In this document: piece after piece, positions 34,569-48,537 of the stretch | Layout of the letters: every line of letters begins with the position of its first letter | Numbering within the stretch: the stretch's first letter is position 1 | NCBI GenBank assembly: GCA_030141605.1 | Contig: JAQGDQ010001136.1 | Location: 1-59,945 of the forward strand | DNA: 59,945 nucleotides | Reading direction: 5' to 3' | From: Tubiluchus corallicola | Taxonomy: Eukaryota; Animalia; Priapulida | Translations under genes and position numbers: made by a program | The notes under the pieces: model-generated | Seen by the model: the letters and a program-made list of their open reading frames with translations, nothing else | Database searches by the model: none | What the model was told of the DNA's origin: nothing

Positions 34569-35779
34569 GGGATAATATGTCATTGCGAATAATATTATAC
34601 TTTTCCATTTTATTGTTTTTGAACTTTTTCATATCATAACTGGAATCTACAGTATGATTAGATTATTTTACTGCAACGTGAAAACAAAAACTCCTCAGTT
34701 TTATCAGATGCTGATTCCCATTTTTTGCCAGGAAGTTTTTTTTATTATTTTTTGACTCTGTTCTTTACCTGTACACATTTTTTACCAACAGATGTGTTAG
34801 TTTGTGACAAACTACACACGTTCGACAGCTCATGCTTGAGTACAGCGGTAAATTTGGAGTTTCAATTTTTATCTTAAAACTCGCCTAGTTTTAGTACAAC
34901 ACAGTGAATATCTTACGGTAGCACAGCACTTCAGCTTTCGCTTTCGCAAACACGTGCAACACGCTCGTGGAAAATATTTGCTGTTGAAAATTATGTTAGT
35001 TTGTGATGTCATCAATAGATGATTAATTTAATGAAGTTTTTAATCTATTATTTAATTATCAGAAACGCTTTTGTACTATTAATCGTGTTAAACTGTTTAC
35101 TTTTTATCTGAGTTGAAGATGGGGTAGTACATGAAAAATCATCCTGTCTTCCTTTTATAGAAGTTTGGCTGTTATGCAACCAAGATGAAACTATGTGAAA
35201 AAATCCATCAAGTGTAAATGACGTAGTTTCACATGCAAATGGTGGATTCAAGTTGGAATAATTAGCTAAATTAGTTAACATTGGCCAAATAATAAATGCT
35301 CGAGAAACGAATGTTCTATACTAAATGGATATACCTGTAGTACATAACTTGTAACACTAATAAGCAAGCTAGCAAGTTTTTTTTCTTTTCTTTTTTTCTC
35401 CTCGTCTCCTAAATACTTGTTGCTCTTTCTCATACTTACTTTTTCTCATAAATTTTTCTATATTACACTTTTTTGATACTTATTTTTTTCTTTCCATACG
35501 CTCAGTTTTTAACTTTACTCACTAACCTTGGCCAAATTCCCCTGTTAATGAGACCCCATTTGAAACTACTACATATAATAATCCTAATTACTGATCCTAA
35601 TTACTGAATAATTGCATTGTTTTGTTTAGATTTAGGTATCTAATTTTATTATTATTTTTTGTTTTCAGTTCTTTTTGGATAATTTGTGTCGTTTATACTG
35701 TTTTTATTATTATTTGTTTTTCTTATTTGTTTTTGTTTTTGTTATCTGCAGCATCACCGTTAATTTTTAATATACTAAT

Positions 35780-35970
35780 CTATTTATAAGAAAGGGCAGG
35801 GGACTAGATGACCCTATGGTCCTTCTCTGCCCTGCTCCATGATTATAATTACTTAATATTTAAAAACTTTTGATGTTAAACTAATTGGAGAAAATAAATG
35901 TTCTATGTCTATGTCTATGTCTATGTCTATGTCTATGTCTATGTCAATGTCTATGTCTATGTCTATGTCT
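35780..35970 (+). mobile_element. Probable LINE 3' end with stem-loop, AATAAA and (ATGTCT)n tail
   Basis: agggcag...ctgccct inverted pair, aataaa near 35893, then hexamer tail. Confidence 0.4.
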
Positions 35971-36505
35971 ATTTTCAATGGAACACAATCACAATAAACT
36001 CTTCATGTTATCACTGACTATTACTAATTTTGAAATCTGTTTAATTCATGTGTATTTTATAATAATGCTTTTAATCACATATGCTCAGCAACACCATTTT
36101 ATCATCTCTTTTATTCTCAGATATCAGCATATTTCGATACCACACACATTTTTATAATGTATTATTTGTCTCAAAGGCCATACATCCCAGATCATCAATA
36201 GACCCCAACTAGATGTAGACCTCTTTTGCTTCATCACACATCTTAGGGCATCTTTTTCTCATCTTTCTATTTCTTTATAGTTTGTTTTTGTCAGTTTACC
36301 GAGCAACTCCAAACCGAAATTCAAACTAAGAATCATCATTGTATTATACAGTAACTGTCTTATTTTTACAGCGTCCATTCCTACAGCATCAGAACTACTC
36401 CAATTCATAATCTCATCGTTCATATGTTCCACTTTCTTACTACTTTTCTCAACAGACATTTTATAAGTTCCTGTTTCATTGCTATAGTCACCTAAGTATT
36501 TATAG

Positions 36506-36624
36506 TGGTTGACTGTGGATGTGTATCTTTTCCTTGCCTAAATGGCGGTATTTGTCAGGATGAAATTCACCCACACACCTGCAATTGTGCACCTGGTTAT
36601 ATACAGGATACAACTGTGATACAG
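36506..36624 (+). pseudogene. Frameshifted EGF pseudo-exon (exon 15, 119 nt)
   Basis: ttatag acceptor, G|gtatgt donor; VDCGCVSFPCLNGGICQDEIHPHTCNCAPGY, then 2 extra nt (tatata), then TGYNCDT in a shifted frame. Confidence 0.8.
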
Positions 36625-37219
36625 GTATGTATAAATGAATTTTATTGACAAAATATGACGCAGATGATGATGGCTCCTCTTCTGCTTTGCTTTCCACATT
36701 TGTTAATCGTTACTTTACGTGTCATGATGGTAGGGAGAAAGGACCAACACGTCACAACGAGAGATATGTTTGTGAGGGCAGAATATTTCTTTCTTTCTTC
36801 TCACTCAGAAATCAGATGCTCTTTAAAACTGAGTGGAAATGGGAGGTGCCATGATCGTTTGCGGATGATATCTCCTTCTGTCGCATACTTCATTTGCAAT
36901 TCTTAATTTAAAGTATCACAATAATGATTAAATATGTGCTGCCACCTACATTTAAAATTATTTATTATTGAACTGAGTCAAATTTAATTCAGGTTTTGGT
37001 CAGTGCTGCTCAGTCACCTGTACCTGCTGGGTTTCCCATATATGGTAGTGTTGACTGCTAGTTTACTAGCCAATCGGGTAAGCTCATGTGGTAAGCTGGT
37101 AAGTGGGTGCATGTGACTTGAGCTGCTCGGCCAAGGCCCCAGCTTGGGCCCTTTTTCTTCTTGACCATTGCTGTTGAATGGTCATCATGTGTCTTCTTTC
37201 CTGCAAATAGAAATAGAGT

Positions 37220-37467
37220 CTTTCACAGTTCAACACAATTTCATATTCTTTGTTTCAACCACCAGAGTGAACCAGTCTACAACAGTCTACACTAACTTCA
37301 GTCTCTCACAGTTCAACACAATTTCATATTCTTTGTTTCAACCACGAGAGTGAACCAGTCTACACCAGTCTACACTAACTTCAGTCTCTCACAGTTCAAC
37401 ACAATTTCATATTATTTGTTTCAACCACCAGAGTGAACCAGTCTACACCAGTCTACACTAACTTCAG
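37220..37467 (+). repeat. Three ~85-bp tandem units
   Basis: cacagttcaacacaatttcatatt...ctacactaacttcag repeated three times. Confidence 0.85.
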
Positions 37468-37634
37468 CCTACTATACTTCAAATTATCTACAAATTCAAC
37501 ACCTCTATGCTGACTGCTATGAAGCTTTCTACACACATAGCAGATTAAAACTGACTCAGCTGATAAATAAAATATTTCATTAGCATAATAACATTCATAA
37601 TTACCTGCACAAACTATCCAATTTGTTTTTTCAG

Positions 37635-37748
37635 AAATAGATGAATGTCTTTCGAGTCCGTGCTACAACAACGCCGCCTGTGACAAACTCGCGAATTATT
37701 TTTCTTGTTTTTGTTTACCTGGCTTTTTTGATACCTATTGTGAGACTG
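37635..37748 (+). CDS. cbEGF exon 16 [38 protein letters not shown]
   Basis: tttcag acceptor, G|gtaaaa donor, 114 nt. Confidence 0.9.
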
Positions 37749-38645
37749 GTAAAATCTTTATCAGTAAATGTGGACAGGTTTAAATTTGTGCACTAGCATC
37801 TGTAATATGTGTACTTGCATAGCAAGAACGTCCATAAGTTTGCAATTAGGATTTTCTATTTATTCAAATACCCCGAATCTCCCGTTTCATGAGAATCATT
37901 TTAATACCAAGTTCATCACTCTATGTTATTTCTAAGCTGAGATAATCCACATTGATGTTGAGATGCAGGCTACGCACTGAAAAACATAATCTTGAGGAAA
38001 TCACTGTTAAAGTCAGCCATTGTTTTTGTCGCGTTTCTACAAAACACTTAGCAACCACACAAATGTTGGTTGCTATGGACATTGCAAGAACACAGTGAAG
38101 TCATGTTTAAATCCAGTAGATGGCTCTTCCAGACGAAGATCTGGGCTTGCTGACAGAAAAAACCAAAAGCAAAACGATTTCTTCCATGAGCTACTATCCG
38201 AGTTTGAAAATACAAGAAGTTTTTCTCAATTGTAGTACTAGTTTCTAGACAGAAAAGTGAGTACGGGGTCATACAATTAGATTCTTAGTATTTTTAAACA
38301 TTTTCTTGACAATTTGTTACTAGAATATTAAAGTCCAATATATTTGACATTCGTTTTTATAAAAAAAACATCAAAAAATTGACATTTGATCAAATTTTTG
38401 GCGCATTCTACTTTGGAGCATCATAACGTAGTTTTAACTATGCCGACTTATGGACGATTTTGGTTTGAAAGCACACGTATAAAACTGAGGAGTTACAAAC
38501 TGATTGCCCCGCCAGTGCTGTGTTTAATGGTTATGTAATGTGATTTTTTTCGTAAATAAAATGATACGATATGTTTGCATCTTTACTGCAGTTTTGTGCC
38601 GCATCATTTAATTTGCTTTACTTGCACGGTTTTGACAAATACTAG

Positions 38646-38759
38646 ATATTAACGAATGCTTGTCTGATCCCTGTCAAAATGGTGCAACCTGTCATGACGA
38701 AGTGAATCATTATACATGCGCATGCGCACCTGGATACGTGGGATATAACTGTCAAACAG
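38646..38759 (+). CDS. cbEGF exon 17 [38 protein letters not shown]
   Basis: tactag acceptor (weak pyrimidine tract), G|gtacgc donor, 114 nt. Confidence 0.88.
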
Positions 38760-39610
38760 GTACGCAAATTCATCTGCATTATTATTTCTGAAATTACTTG
38801 ATTGCAAGCGGGGGGGGGGGGAACAGAACCACCCCTATTAATGACCATCAGTTATAACAATCGAAGCTTCAGCTAGACATCTATGAATCAGTAAGTGTAC
38901 CAGTGGAAGTAAATAATTATTACACCAGTCTGAAATCAGATTCGTATAATTATTTATGTAATATATTAACCCTTAGCTTGCCAAAGTGGGGTAAAAAATT
39001 ACCCCAACTGTGTTTGCTCAGATTTTTATATTTTTTACCCCTAGACCAATGCGTTATTAGTTTCCTATTAATTAAAGATTATTATTCAAGTTAATTATCA
39101 TTCAAATTAAAAATTGCACGTTAATTTTTAAGTCCCAAATTGACGTAAACTATAAGTCTTGCAAGAAATGCAAACTTCCCACTTGTTACGCATTTGGTGT
39201 TCCTGAATTGGTGCGTTTTAAGATTATTTAACCCTTAGCCGACCAATGTGGGGTAAAAAACTAACCTCATTAGTGCTTGCTCACATTTTTTTATTAATGC
39301 ACACAACGAAAAATTGTCAAACTGGTAGTGGTTAAATATTTTTCAATTTCTTACGCAACCATACCTTTCGTCGAAAACTATTTTTCACGCTTTTTTACAA
39401 AGCACGTGTGCCAGATCTGATGTGGGGTAACTTATCTATGTGACGCCCTCAAACTTTGGTGCCCTATCGTATAGTCTAGTTAGCCTATTGGTAAATACGC
39501 TCCTGATTATAATAATTCGAAATAAACCGTATATATAGTAATAATTAGTAGCCTTCTTATTTAGTGGAACTGGACGAGCAATTGCATTTTTAAAGTTGGC
39601 TTCATTTTAG

Positions 39611-39724
39611 ATGTTGATGAATGCAGCAGCAGCCCTTGCCACAACAATGCCACATGTGTGGACGAGATTGATTCCTATACGTGTCTATGTGTGGCAGGAT
39701 TTACTGGAGTAACTTGTAAAACAG
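39611..39724 (+). CDS. cbEGF exon 18 [38 protein letters not shown]
   Basis: ttttag acceptor, G|gtaatg donor, 114 nt. Confidence 0.92.
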
Positions 39725-40653
39725 GTAATGTTTATATAGGTGGGAGAGCTTTTACTGAATTAAACTTTGCCCACAATTATTAAGCCTGTTAGCTTTTACA
39801 ATCAAAGAATCAAACAACACAATCATTAACAAGTCACGAGGAATTATATTATAATAACTATACTAGCAGGTACAATCACAGAATCAAATGACATAATTAT
39901 TATCAATACTAAAATACCACTATACTAAAACACAGCGGAACAATTAGCCTGGCTAGCCCACAGGTCTAAATCTTCAAGGTAGACCTGTCTTACACAGCTT
40001 AAATACAGAAAACTAGAACACTATTAATGTAAAAGGTCATTCAAAAGCAAATAACATAATTATTATCAATACTGAAATACCGCTATACTAAAACACAGCG
40101 GAACAATTAGCCTGGCTAGCCCACAGGTCTAAATGTTCAAGGTAGACCTGTCTTACACAGCTTAAATACAGAAAACTAGAACACTATTAATGTAAAAGGT
40201 CATTCAGAAGCAAATAAGTGCAGTAAGATTAGAGGGACATTTAAGCTATTTCAATGTTATAACAAGCCTAAAAAAGAGGGAATGAGATGAAAAAAATTAT
40301 GAAAGAGAGATGAGCAAGAAGACAAACAATGTAATATTCACAAGTCAAGTTAATGAACGCGAAGTAATTAAGACGAACTTCGGGACAACACATTTGAAGA
40401 GTAATATTATCTCTTTTAGCTAGTGTTGTGTTAGGTTGTGAATTAATTATACAATTTGGCTTAGCCGTGCTGTGTCGACAAACAAGTTTTAAGTTAAATG
40501 GGATTTTTTTCGTGGAATTACCAAATTGCACTCTCTAATCAAAAATTGAAACTTAAAAACTTTTTGGTTGTCACGCCTATTTTTTTCTTTCGGTTAGTAA
40601 TAATCGAAGTTAATGAAAATTTTTATATTCATGGCCAGTCTTTGCATTTTCAG

Positions 40654-40767
40654 AAATTGAAGAATGTCTTTCAAATCCCTGTTACAACAACGCCACCTGC
40701 AATGACTTTGTGAATTATTTTACTTGTTCGTGTTTACCAGGCTATACTGGTAGCTCTTGCGCAACAG
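40654..40767 (+). CDS. cbEGF exon 19 [38 protein letters not shown]
   Basis: tttcag acceptor, G|gtaata donor, 114 nt. Confidence 0.92.
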
Positions 40768-43590
40768 GTAATACCTTAATAAAAAAATGACTGCAAAATT
40801 CCTGAGTGTGGTAGTTATAATTATGAAACAGGTAATACCTTAATGAAAATGACTGCAGGATAGGGTTTGAGTGTGGTAGTTACAACTGTGAAACAGGTAA
40901 TACCTTAATAAAATTCACTGCAAAATTGTGTCCTGAGGGTGGTAGCTATAATTGTGAAACAGGTAATACCTTAATAAAAATCACTGCAAAATTGTGTCCT
41001 GAGGGTGGTAGCTATAATTGTGAAACAGGTAATACCTTAATAAAATGACTGCAAAATTGTGTCCTGAGGGTGGCAGCTATAATTGTGAAACAGGTAATAC
41101 CTTAATAAAAATCACTGCAAAATTGTGTCCTGAGGGTGGTAGCTATAATTGTGAAACAGGTAATACCTTAATAAAAATCACTGCAAAATTGTATCCTGAG
41201 GGTGGTAGCTATAATTGTGAAATGCGTAATACCTTAATAAAAAATGACTGCAAAATTGTGTCCTGAGTGTAGTAGTTATAATTGTGAAACAGGCAATACC
41301 TTAACAAAAATGACTGCAAAATTGTGTCCTTAGGGTGGTAGCTATAATTGTGAAACAGGTAATACCTTAATAAAAAATGACTGCAGAATTGTGTCCTGAG
41401 GGTGGCAGCTATAATTGTGAAACAGGTAATACCTTAATAAAAAATGACTGCAAAATTGTATCCTGAGGGTGGTAGCTATACTTGTGAAACAGGTAATACC
41501 TTAATAAAATATGACTGCTGAATTGTGTCCTGAGGGTAGTAGCTATAATTGTGAAACAGGCAATACCTTAACAAAAATGACTGCAAAATTGTGTCCTTAG
41601 GGTGGTAGCTATAATTGTGAAACAGGTAATACCTTAATAAAAATCACTGCAGAATTGTGTCCTGAGGGTGGCAGCTATAATTGTGAAACAGGTAATACCT
41701 TAATAAAAATCACTGCAGAATTGTGTCCTGAGGGTGGCAGCTATAATTGTGAAACAGGTAATACCTTAATAAAAATCACTGCAGAATTGTGTCCTGAGGG
41801 TGGTAGCTATAATTGTGAAACATGTAATACCTTAACAAAAATCACTGCAAAATTGTATCCTGAGGGTGGTAGCTATAATTGTGAAACGTGTATTACCTTA
41901 AAAAAAAATGACTGCAAAATTGTGTCCTGAGTGTAGTAGTTATAATTGTGAAACAGGCCGTACCTTAACAAAAATGACTGCAAAATTGTGTCCTTAGGGT
42001 GGTAGCTATAATTGTGAAACAGGTAATACCTTAATAAAAATCACTGCAGAATTGTGTCCTGAGGGTGGTAGCTATAATTGTGAAACATGTAATACCTTAA
42101 TAAAAATGACTGCAAAATTGTGTCCTGAGGGTGGTAGCTATAATTGTGAAACAGGTAATACCTTAATAAAAATGACTGCAGAATTGTATCCTGAGGGTGG
42201 TAGCTATAATTGTGAAACAGGCAATACCTTAATAAAAAATCACTGCAGAATTGTGTCCTGAGGGTGGTAGCTATAATTGTGAAACAGGCAATACCTTAAT
42301 AAAAATGACTGCAAAATTGTGTCCTGAGGGTGGCAGCTATAATTGTGAAACAGGTAATACCTTAATAAAAATCACTGCAGAATTGTGTCCTGAGGGTGGC
42401 AGCTATAATTGTGAAACAGGTAATACCTTAATAAAAAATGACTGCAAAATTGTATCCTGAGGGTGGTAGCTATACTTGTGAAACAGGTAATACCTTAATA
42501 AAAATCACTGCAGGATAGGGTCCTGAGTGTGGTAGTTATAATTATGAAACAGGTAATACCTTAATAAAAATCACTGCAGAATTGTGTCCTGAAGGTGGTA
42601 GCTATAATTGTGAAACATGTAATACCTTAACAAAAATCACTGCAAAACTTGTATCCTGAGGGTGGTAGCTATAATTGTGAAACGTGTAATACCTTAATAA
42701 AAATGACTGCAAAATTGTGTCCTGAGTGTAGTAGTTATAATTGTGAAACAGGCAATACCTTAACAAAAATGACTGCAAAATTGTGTCCTTAGGGTGGTAG
42801 CTATAATTGTGAAACAGGTAATACCTTAATAAAAATCACTGCAGAATTGTGTCCTGAGGGTGGTAGCTATAATTGTGAAACATGTAATACCTTAATAAAA
42901 ATGACTGCAAAATTGTGTCCTGAGGGTGGTAGCTATAATTGTGAAACAGGTAATACCTTAATAAAAATGACTGCAGAATTGTATCCTGAGGGTGGTAGCT
43001 ATAATTGTGAAACAGGTAATACCTTAATAAAAATCACTGCAGAATTGTGTCCTGAGGGTGGTAGCTATAATTGTGAAACAGGTAATACCTTAATAAAAAT
43101 GACTGCAAAATTGTGTCCTGAGGGTGGTAGCTATAATTGTGAAACAGGCAATACCTTAATAAAAAATCACTGCAGAATTGTGTCCTGAGGATGGTAGCTG
43201 TAATTGTGAAGCAGGTAATATCTTAATAAAAATCACTGCAAAATTGTGTCCTGAGGGTGGTAGCTATAATTGTGAAACAGGCAATACCTTAATAAAAAAT
43301 CACTGCAGAATTGTGTCCTGAGGATGGTAGCTGTAATTGTGAAGCAGGTAATATCTTAATAAAAATGACTGCAAAATTGTGTCCTGAGGGTGGTAGCTAT
43401 AATTGTGAAACAGGCAATACCTTAATAAAAATGACTGCAAAATTGTGTCCTGAGGGTGGTAGCTATAATTGTGAAACAGGCAATACCTTAATAAAAAATC
43501 ACTGCAGAATTGTGTCCTGAGGGTGGTAGCTGTAATTGTGAAGCAGGTAATATCTTAATAAAAATCACTGCAAAATTGTGTCTTGAGTGT
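40749..43590 (+). repeat. 66-67-bp minisatellite (~43 units) containing an EGF-exon-end motif plus splice donor
   Basis: Unit ggtagctataattgtgaaacag|gtaataccttaataaaaatcactgcaaaattgtgtcctgagggt. Confidence 0.95.
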
Positions 43591-43724
43591 AGAACATGCA
43601 ATACTACAGGTAAGTTACGTATTCAGCATGTGATACTGAGGAACTGACTTGTTCATGTAACACTTTTTCCAGTCTTGTCGTTTGGTTTGCTACTTCTCTA
43701 TATTACTTTTATGTAAAACAACAG

Positions 43725-43838
43725 ATATCAACGAATGCATATCTCAACCTTGTCAGAATAATGGCACCTGTCTTGATGAAGTGAATTACTATACCTGTAT
43801 TTGTTTGCCTGGATACACTGGCTACGATTGCCAGACAG
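43725..43838 (+). CDS. cbEGF exon 20 [38 protein letters not shown]
   Basis: caacag acceptor, G|gtatgt donor, 114 nt. Confidence 0.91.
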
Positions 43839-44225
43839 GTATGTGTGCAAAAACATTCTCTTTCTTTCCATAAATTGCTCTTAAAAGCAGTCAGTTCTAA
43901 TCTTGAAAATATTCTGATGTAAATTTAACTGTTTTACAAATAACTAGAGATTCCAATTTGCAAAAAATTCAAACTTGATTGTGGACTGCGTAATAAACCT
44001 AGTTAAATAGGCTAATGTATCAAGGCTGATGCTCCCTGTTCAACTAATTAAAGGTTTCTGGTTCAGAAAATCCAAGTTCCGCTGATTCTTTAACGTTTTT
44101 CTACATCAACCTGCTACGTTTATAAGTCGAATCTTTTAATAAGCATTCATATGCCATTTATAGAAGTTAAGTAATAACACATTATGTGAAAGAAACGTCA
44201 GTTGGAACTAAAATTGCTATTTCAG

Positions 44226-44339
44226 AATTAAATGAGTGCTCGTCTAATCCCTGCTCAAATGATGCTAGTTGCACAGATGGGATCAATTCTTACTCGTGCT
44301 TATGTTTATCTGGCTATACTGGCTTGAATTGTGAAACAG
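44226..44339 (+). CDS. cbEGF exon 21 [38 protein letters not shown]
   Basis: tttcag acceptor, G|gtagcc donor, 114 nt. Confidence 0.91.
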
Positions 44340-46288
44340 GTAGCCCTACAGACATCATTCTTTGTAAATTTATATTATAAAAGTCTTCGTTTACTCGAGT
44401 AATAAGATTTTTCATTATTTCATTGTGCGCAGGCGCAGTTGCTGTAGGTCAAAGGTTAAGTGTACCACAGCAGGGTGTCTTAGCTACAACCGTCGCATGA
44501 CATATGGGTAAAGTAGGGCCCAGTTGAGTAACATTAGTTGTTTTGCGTGGACTCTACTTAATTATACTTATATTATTAATTAGTCTGTGTGGGCTTGGAA
44601 ACAAGAAAAATGAACCAGGTAAGATTCTCTAGCTAGCATTCGTCCCTTTTTTAACTACTATTACAATAGCATGGGCTGCGATTCGTTGTCAAGTGTACAC
44701 AAATGGCGTTGTCTGACACACTTAACCTTTGACATTTGCTCGATCATGCTGGAACCGTGAAATGGCTTATTACGTAGACTTTTCAAATTCCTAACCGTAA
44801 GAACGGCATCAGTTTGATAAATATTTCACAATATAAGCAAATTTTATAGCATTTTATAGATATTGTGGAATATTTATCAAAATAACGTTTAAATTTAACT
44901 GTGTATATATTCTCTACTGCAAGGGTTAAATAATTGGTTGTTTTAAGCCTAATTTAAAATTTAAAAAAATCATAACGCTCCCACTGCACACTAGCTAGCA
45001 GCCATCTCCTGAGCCCAAGGTGATGCAGTTGAAATTTTGTGATTTTTTAATAAAAATGCTATAAAACTCGTTGATATTGTGAAATATTTATCTAAATAAG
45101 GTCTAAATTTAACTGTATGTGTTGAGCATTTTCATTAAACTTGTAATTTTGAAGGTAATTCACTTCCGCCAAGAAATTTGGGAAATGTAGCATACAATAC
45201 CAACGACATTATTCTCCTATCTTTGTAGAAGTTATCAAAAAGAGACATAAAATTGTGAAAATATGAGACATTTTGCAGTAGTGCCCTGTGGTACACTTAA
45301 CCTTCGACATTTTCACGATCACCATCAATCACTGAAACTGTGAAAACGCTTATTATATGAAATTACTAATAAACCATGAGCAGACTTAAATTCGCTTAAA
45401 AATTTAAGTACTTTTATCGGACTATATTCGTTTTCTTTGTAAGTTGTTTTAATTTTATTATATACTAGAAAATTTATATACATTCGGCGTCCTCTTACAG
45501 TGACATTGCCTGAACTACATTGGCATTTATACTGTTTACCGACCGCGCCATGATTACGCCCCAGAAAGACCTGATTGGCTACTAGATGAGAATGTCACTG
45601 CCGCCTGCCCAGTGATGAACATTAGCCTATCAGCTCGCAATCAACCTGCCAAAGTTACCTGAGCAGTTTCAAGACAAAGCAGCTCATTCCATTTCTTAGC
45701 ACAGTACAGTAAGTCATCCCTTAAGGCGTTCCGATAAAATGCGTCGTTAAGCAAAACGTCACTAAACGGAACTTTGTTTTCCATAAGCAACAATGTCAAA
45801 ACATTCAGTCGCGTTTCTGGAGCAAAAATCAATAGTGCTTATCTATGTAAAAACGTTCAGTTGCTTGTAGCGGGGCTTGCAGTTTTATCAGCTGAAACTC
45901 TTGCGTTTTTTTAAGAAGAATTTTATCTAAATTGGGGAAAACAATGAATCAACAATGAAACAATGGCTTGCCTATAACTGTAGTTGATTGTTTGCTGTCG
46001 GTTTAATTGTGCTACGGTGATCTGGGTTAAGTGGCAGGCTTCTTGTTAAGAGTACAAGCACAGTAAATAAAATTTTAGTGTTTGAAGTAAGCCAAAAAAA
46101 ATCGTCGTTAAAACGAAACGTTGCTAAGCGGGGCGTCGTTAAGCGAGGACTTACTGTACAAACAAAATTAGTCCAATTTGCAATGTAATTGAAAATGGCC
46201 TCCCGTTGCGCTTTTGGGAAATTTAACTCCAACTTCATTAAACCAAAAAAAGTTACCATTTGAAAATACAAATAAGTTTTTTTTTCAG

Positions 46289-46402
46289 AAATTGATGAAT
46301 GTAGTTCGGCTCCTTGCGTCAACAATTCTACCTGTGTAAATAATGTCAACTCATTCACCTGTTTGTGTTTACCTGGATATACAGGTGTTATTTGTCAGAC
46401 AG
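46289..46402 (+). CDS. cbEGF exon 22 [38 protein letters not shown]
   Basis: tttcag acceptor, G|gtattg donor, 114 nt. Confidence 0.92.
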
Positions 46403-46671
46403 GTATTGTTTTAAGCACGAGATGATCAGGTTTTGCTCACTTTGGCTTGAACCATTAAAAGGATGTTTGTTTGTGTTGTCTGCCACATTGCCTGCATTTT
46501 ATTTATTTTTTCACTGCTCTCTTACTTGCATCTCGTAACCGTAAAATATTAGCAGTATCATTCTTTCCCTCAAACACTGATTGTTTTGATTGTACACACT
46601 TCTGTGATACAGGCATTTGTGTTGAATCAACGTACTGACTGCAAGTTTGTGCGTCGTATATTCACTTGCTC

Positions 46672-47031
46672 TTTTATGACATCAATGAACACGTCACCTA
46701 TTGTCTTTGACAGTTGTGATGACGTCACGCAGCACTAGATGAAGGTGTGACGTCACCGGTCATAATGATGATGAATATGATAACAAAGCACTTTGCGTTG
46801 ATACCTGCTGTTATTTCGTCCATTATAATTTTCATGATTAAAATGTACTTGTTGTTTTATGACATCAATGATCACGTCACCTAATGCCTTTGATAGTTGT
46901 GATGACGTCACGCAGCACTAGGCGAAGGTGTGACGTCACCGGTCACAATGATGATGAATATGATAACAAAGCACTTTGCATTGATACCTGCTGTTATTTT
47001 GTCCATTATAATTTTCATGATTGAAATGTAC
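46672..47031 (+). repeat. 183-bp tandem duplication, each unit with two TGACGTCA palindromes
   Basis: gacatcaatg at 46678 and 46861. Confidence 0.85.
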
Positions 47032-48537
47032 TATAGTCCATAGATACGTAGATAACGTGCGCGCAGGTAAACGTGCTCCCATATTTGCAGCAAAATCGGG
47101 CCAGGGGCGGTGCTGGCTATGGATAGATAGCCCGCTCAGCGGTGGGTGTGGTAGGTTTATTTAGAATTCGCGAGACGGCCACGGCGTCCCGTGATGGGCG
47201 TTTTCCCGGACCCAACTCGCGATTTTTTCGAAATTTTGACCAAACGGCATGCGGGAAAAACGTTCTAGCGTCGCCCGGTGGGACTCTAGGAAGGAGATAT
47301 ATATGGCTCTTTAGAAAGAGGAAGAACAGGGCTACACGATGATGTGGGCTATATTTTAGGGCACGTCCACCAGAAGAAGTACCGACGAATTAATTAGAAG
47401 TTCTATTTATGGCAATTTTCGCTTGGAAAACTGCTGACGCAAAGCCATTGTTATGACGTCATCCATTATACTCTGCTTATAACCTTATAACTTTAATTCA
47501 GTAAAAGTTGCTACTGGCTTTGCGTTAGGGAAATAAACGAACACTAGGTAGAATGTTCGAGCATTGTTGATTATAAGTGGATTTATAAGCAAAATATTTT
47601 GCGGGGCCTTTGCTAGTTATATAATTATTCTTGCACGAATAAAGCAGAAAACAAGCGTATAATTATTACTCCATGTTTATACTTAAAGGAATGAAGATGT
47701 CACTCAGTATGTTGAGTTTATTTTACTGTTATAACTCAAACTTACTACTTCTGAATAGAAATTTTCAGGCGTGGCGCTTTCCGCCATTCATTTTGACAAT
47801 CATGACGTAACTGGTAGACTTGATGACTTTTCGTAAGCGCGTCGTGACTTTTCGTGAGCGCGCCGTGCTTAGACTAATTCAAACTTGAGCAGCTTACCTA
47901 ATATTGACATAAATATATTACAACATTAACAATCTATTTTTTTTGTCAAAACTTATTACACTTTCGATGAAGGCTGAGAATGCGCAAATTTTCTTCAAAA
48001 TGAATGACGTCATTGGAAGAAGAATGGACATTCAAAATGATAGCACCCAAGCGTGAAGTGATCACGACTTTAAAGTGATTTTATTAGCAACAGATGTCGC
48101 TTATTGCAGTTTTATTACAAAATCTTTCTAACAATTTTCGCGAAAATTGATATAAGTCTAACTTTTCAGAAGGCTTGACTTTTCCTTTAATAATCATTCA
48201 ACTTTTGACAGCCAACTAATCCGACTTTTTGCAAACCGATCAAAAATTATTGAAGAAAACACATAAGTAAGCTTTCATTCGTAATAAAAAAAGCCATCGT
48301 GGTCTTCAGCGGCGTGAAGAAATTGTTAACGAATTTTGTTGAGAATTGTGCTAACTCTGTAGTTCTCATACATGACAGTAAAGAAGCCACTAACTTATCA
48401 TCAAGATTCAATAGTAAAGTATCTTTTCAAAGTTTGATAGAAACAAATCTGTCAGCCTAGTATTTTCACAACAAAATTAAAATTATTTGTCATACTAGTA
48501 ATTAACAAGTTTTTCAGAAAAAAATCTGCTTGCTTAA

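Noticed and set aside
34210-34639. His-rich or Met-rich proteins; likewise the Lys/Glu/Arg-rich ORFs at 552-767 and 17664-18074
   Set aside because: Translations of microsatellite or low-complexity DNA.
41045-43520. ORFs of CPEGGSYNCETGNTLIK repeats as a real protein
   Set aside because: Frequent 1-nt indels in the A-run and stop codons break the frame; non-coding minisatellite.
27295-43590. CRISPR-like interpretation of the 202-bp and 66-bp arrays
   Set aside because: Units are head-to-tail with no unique spacers, no cas genes, and the context is a spliceosomal eukaryotic gene.
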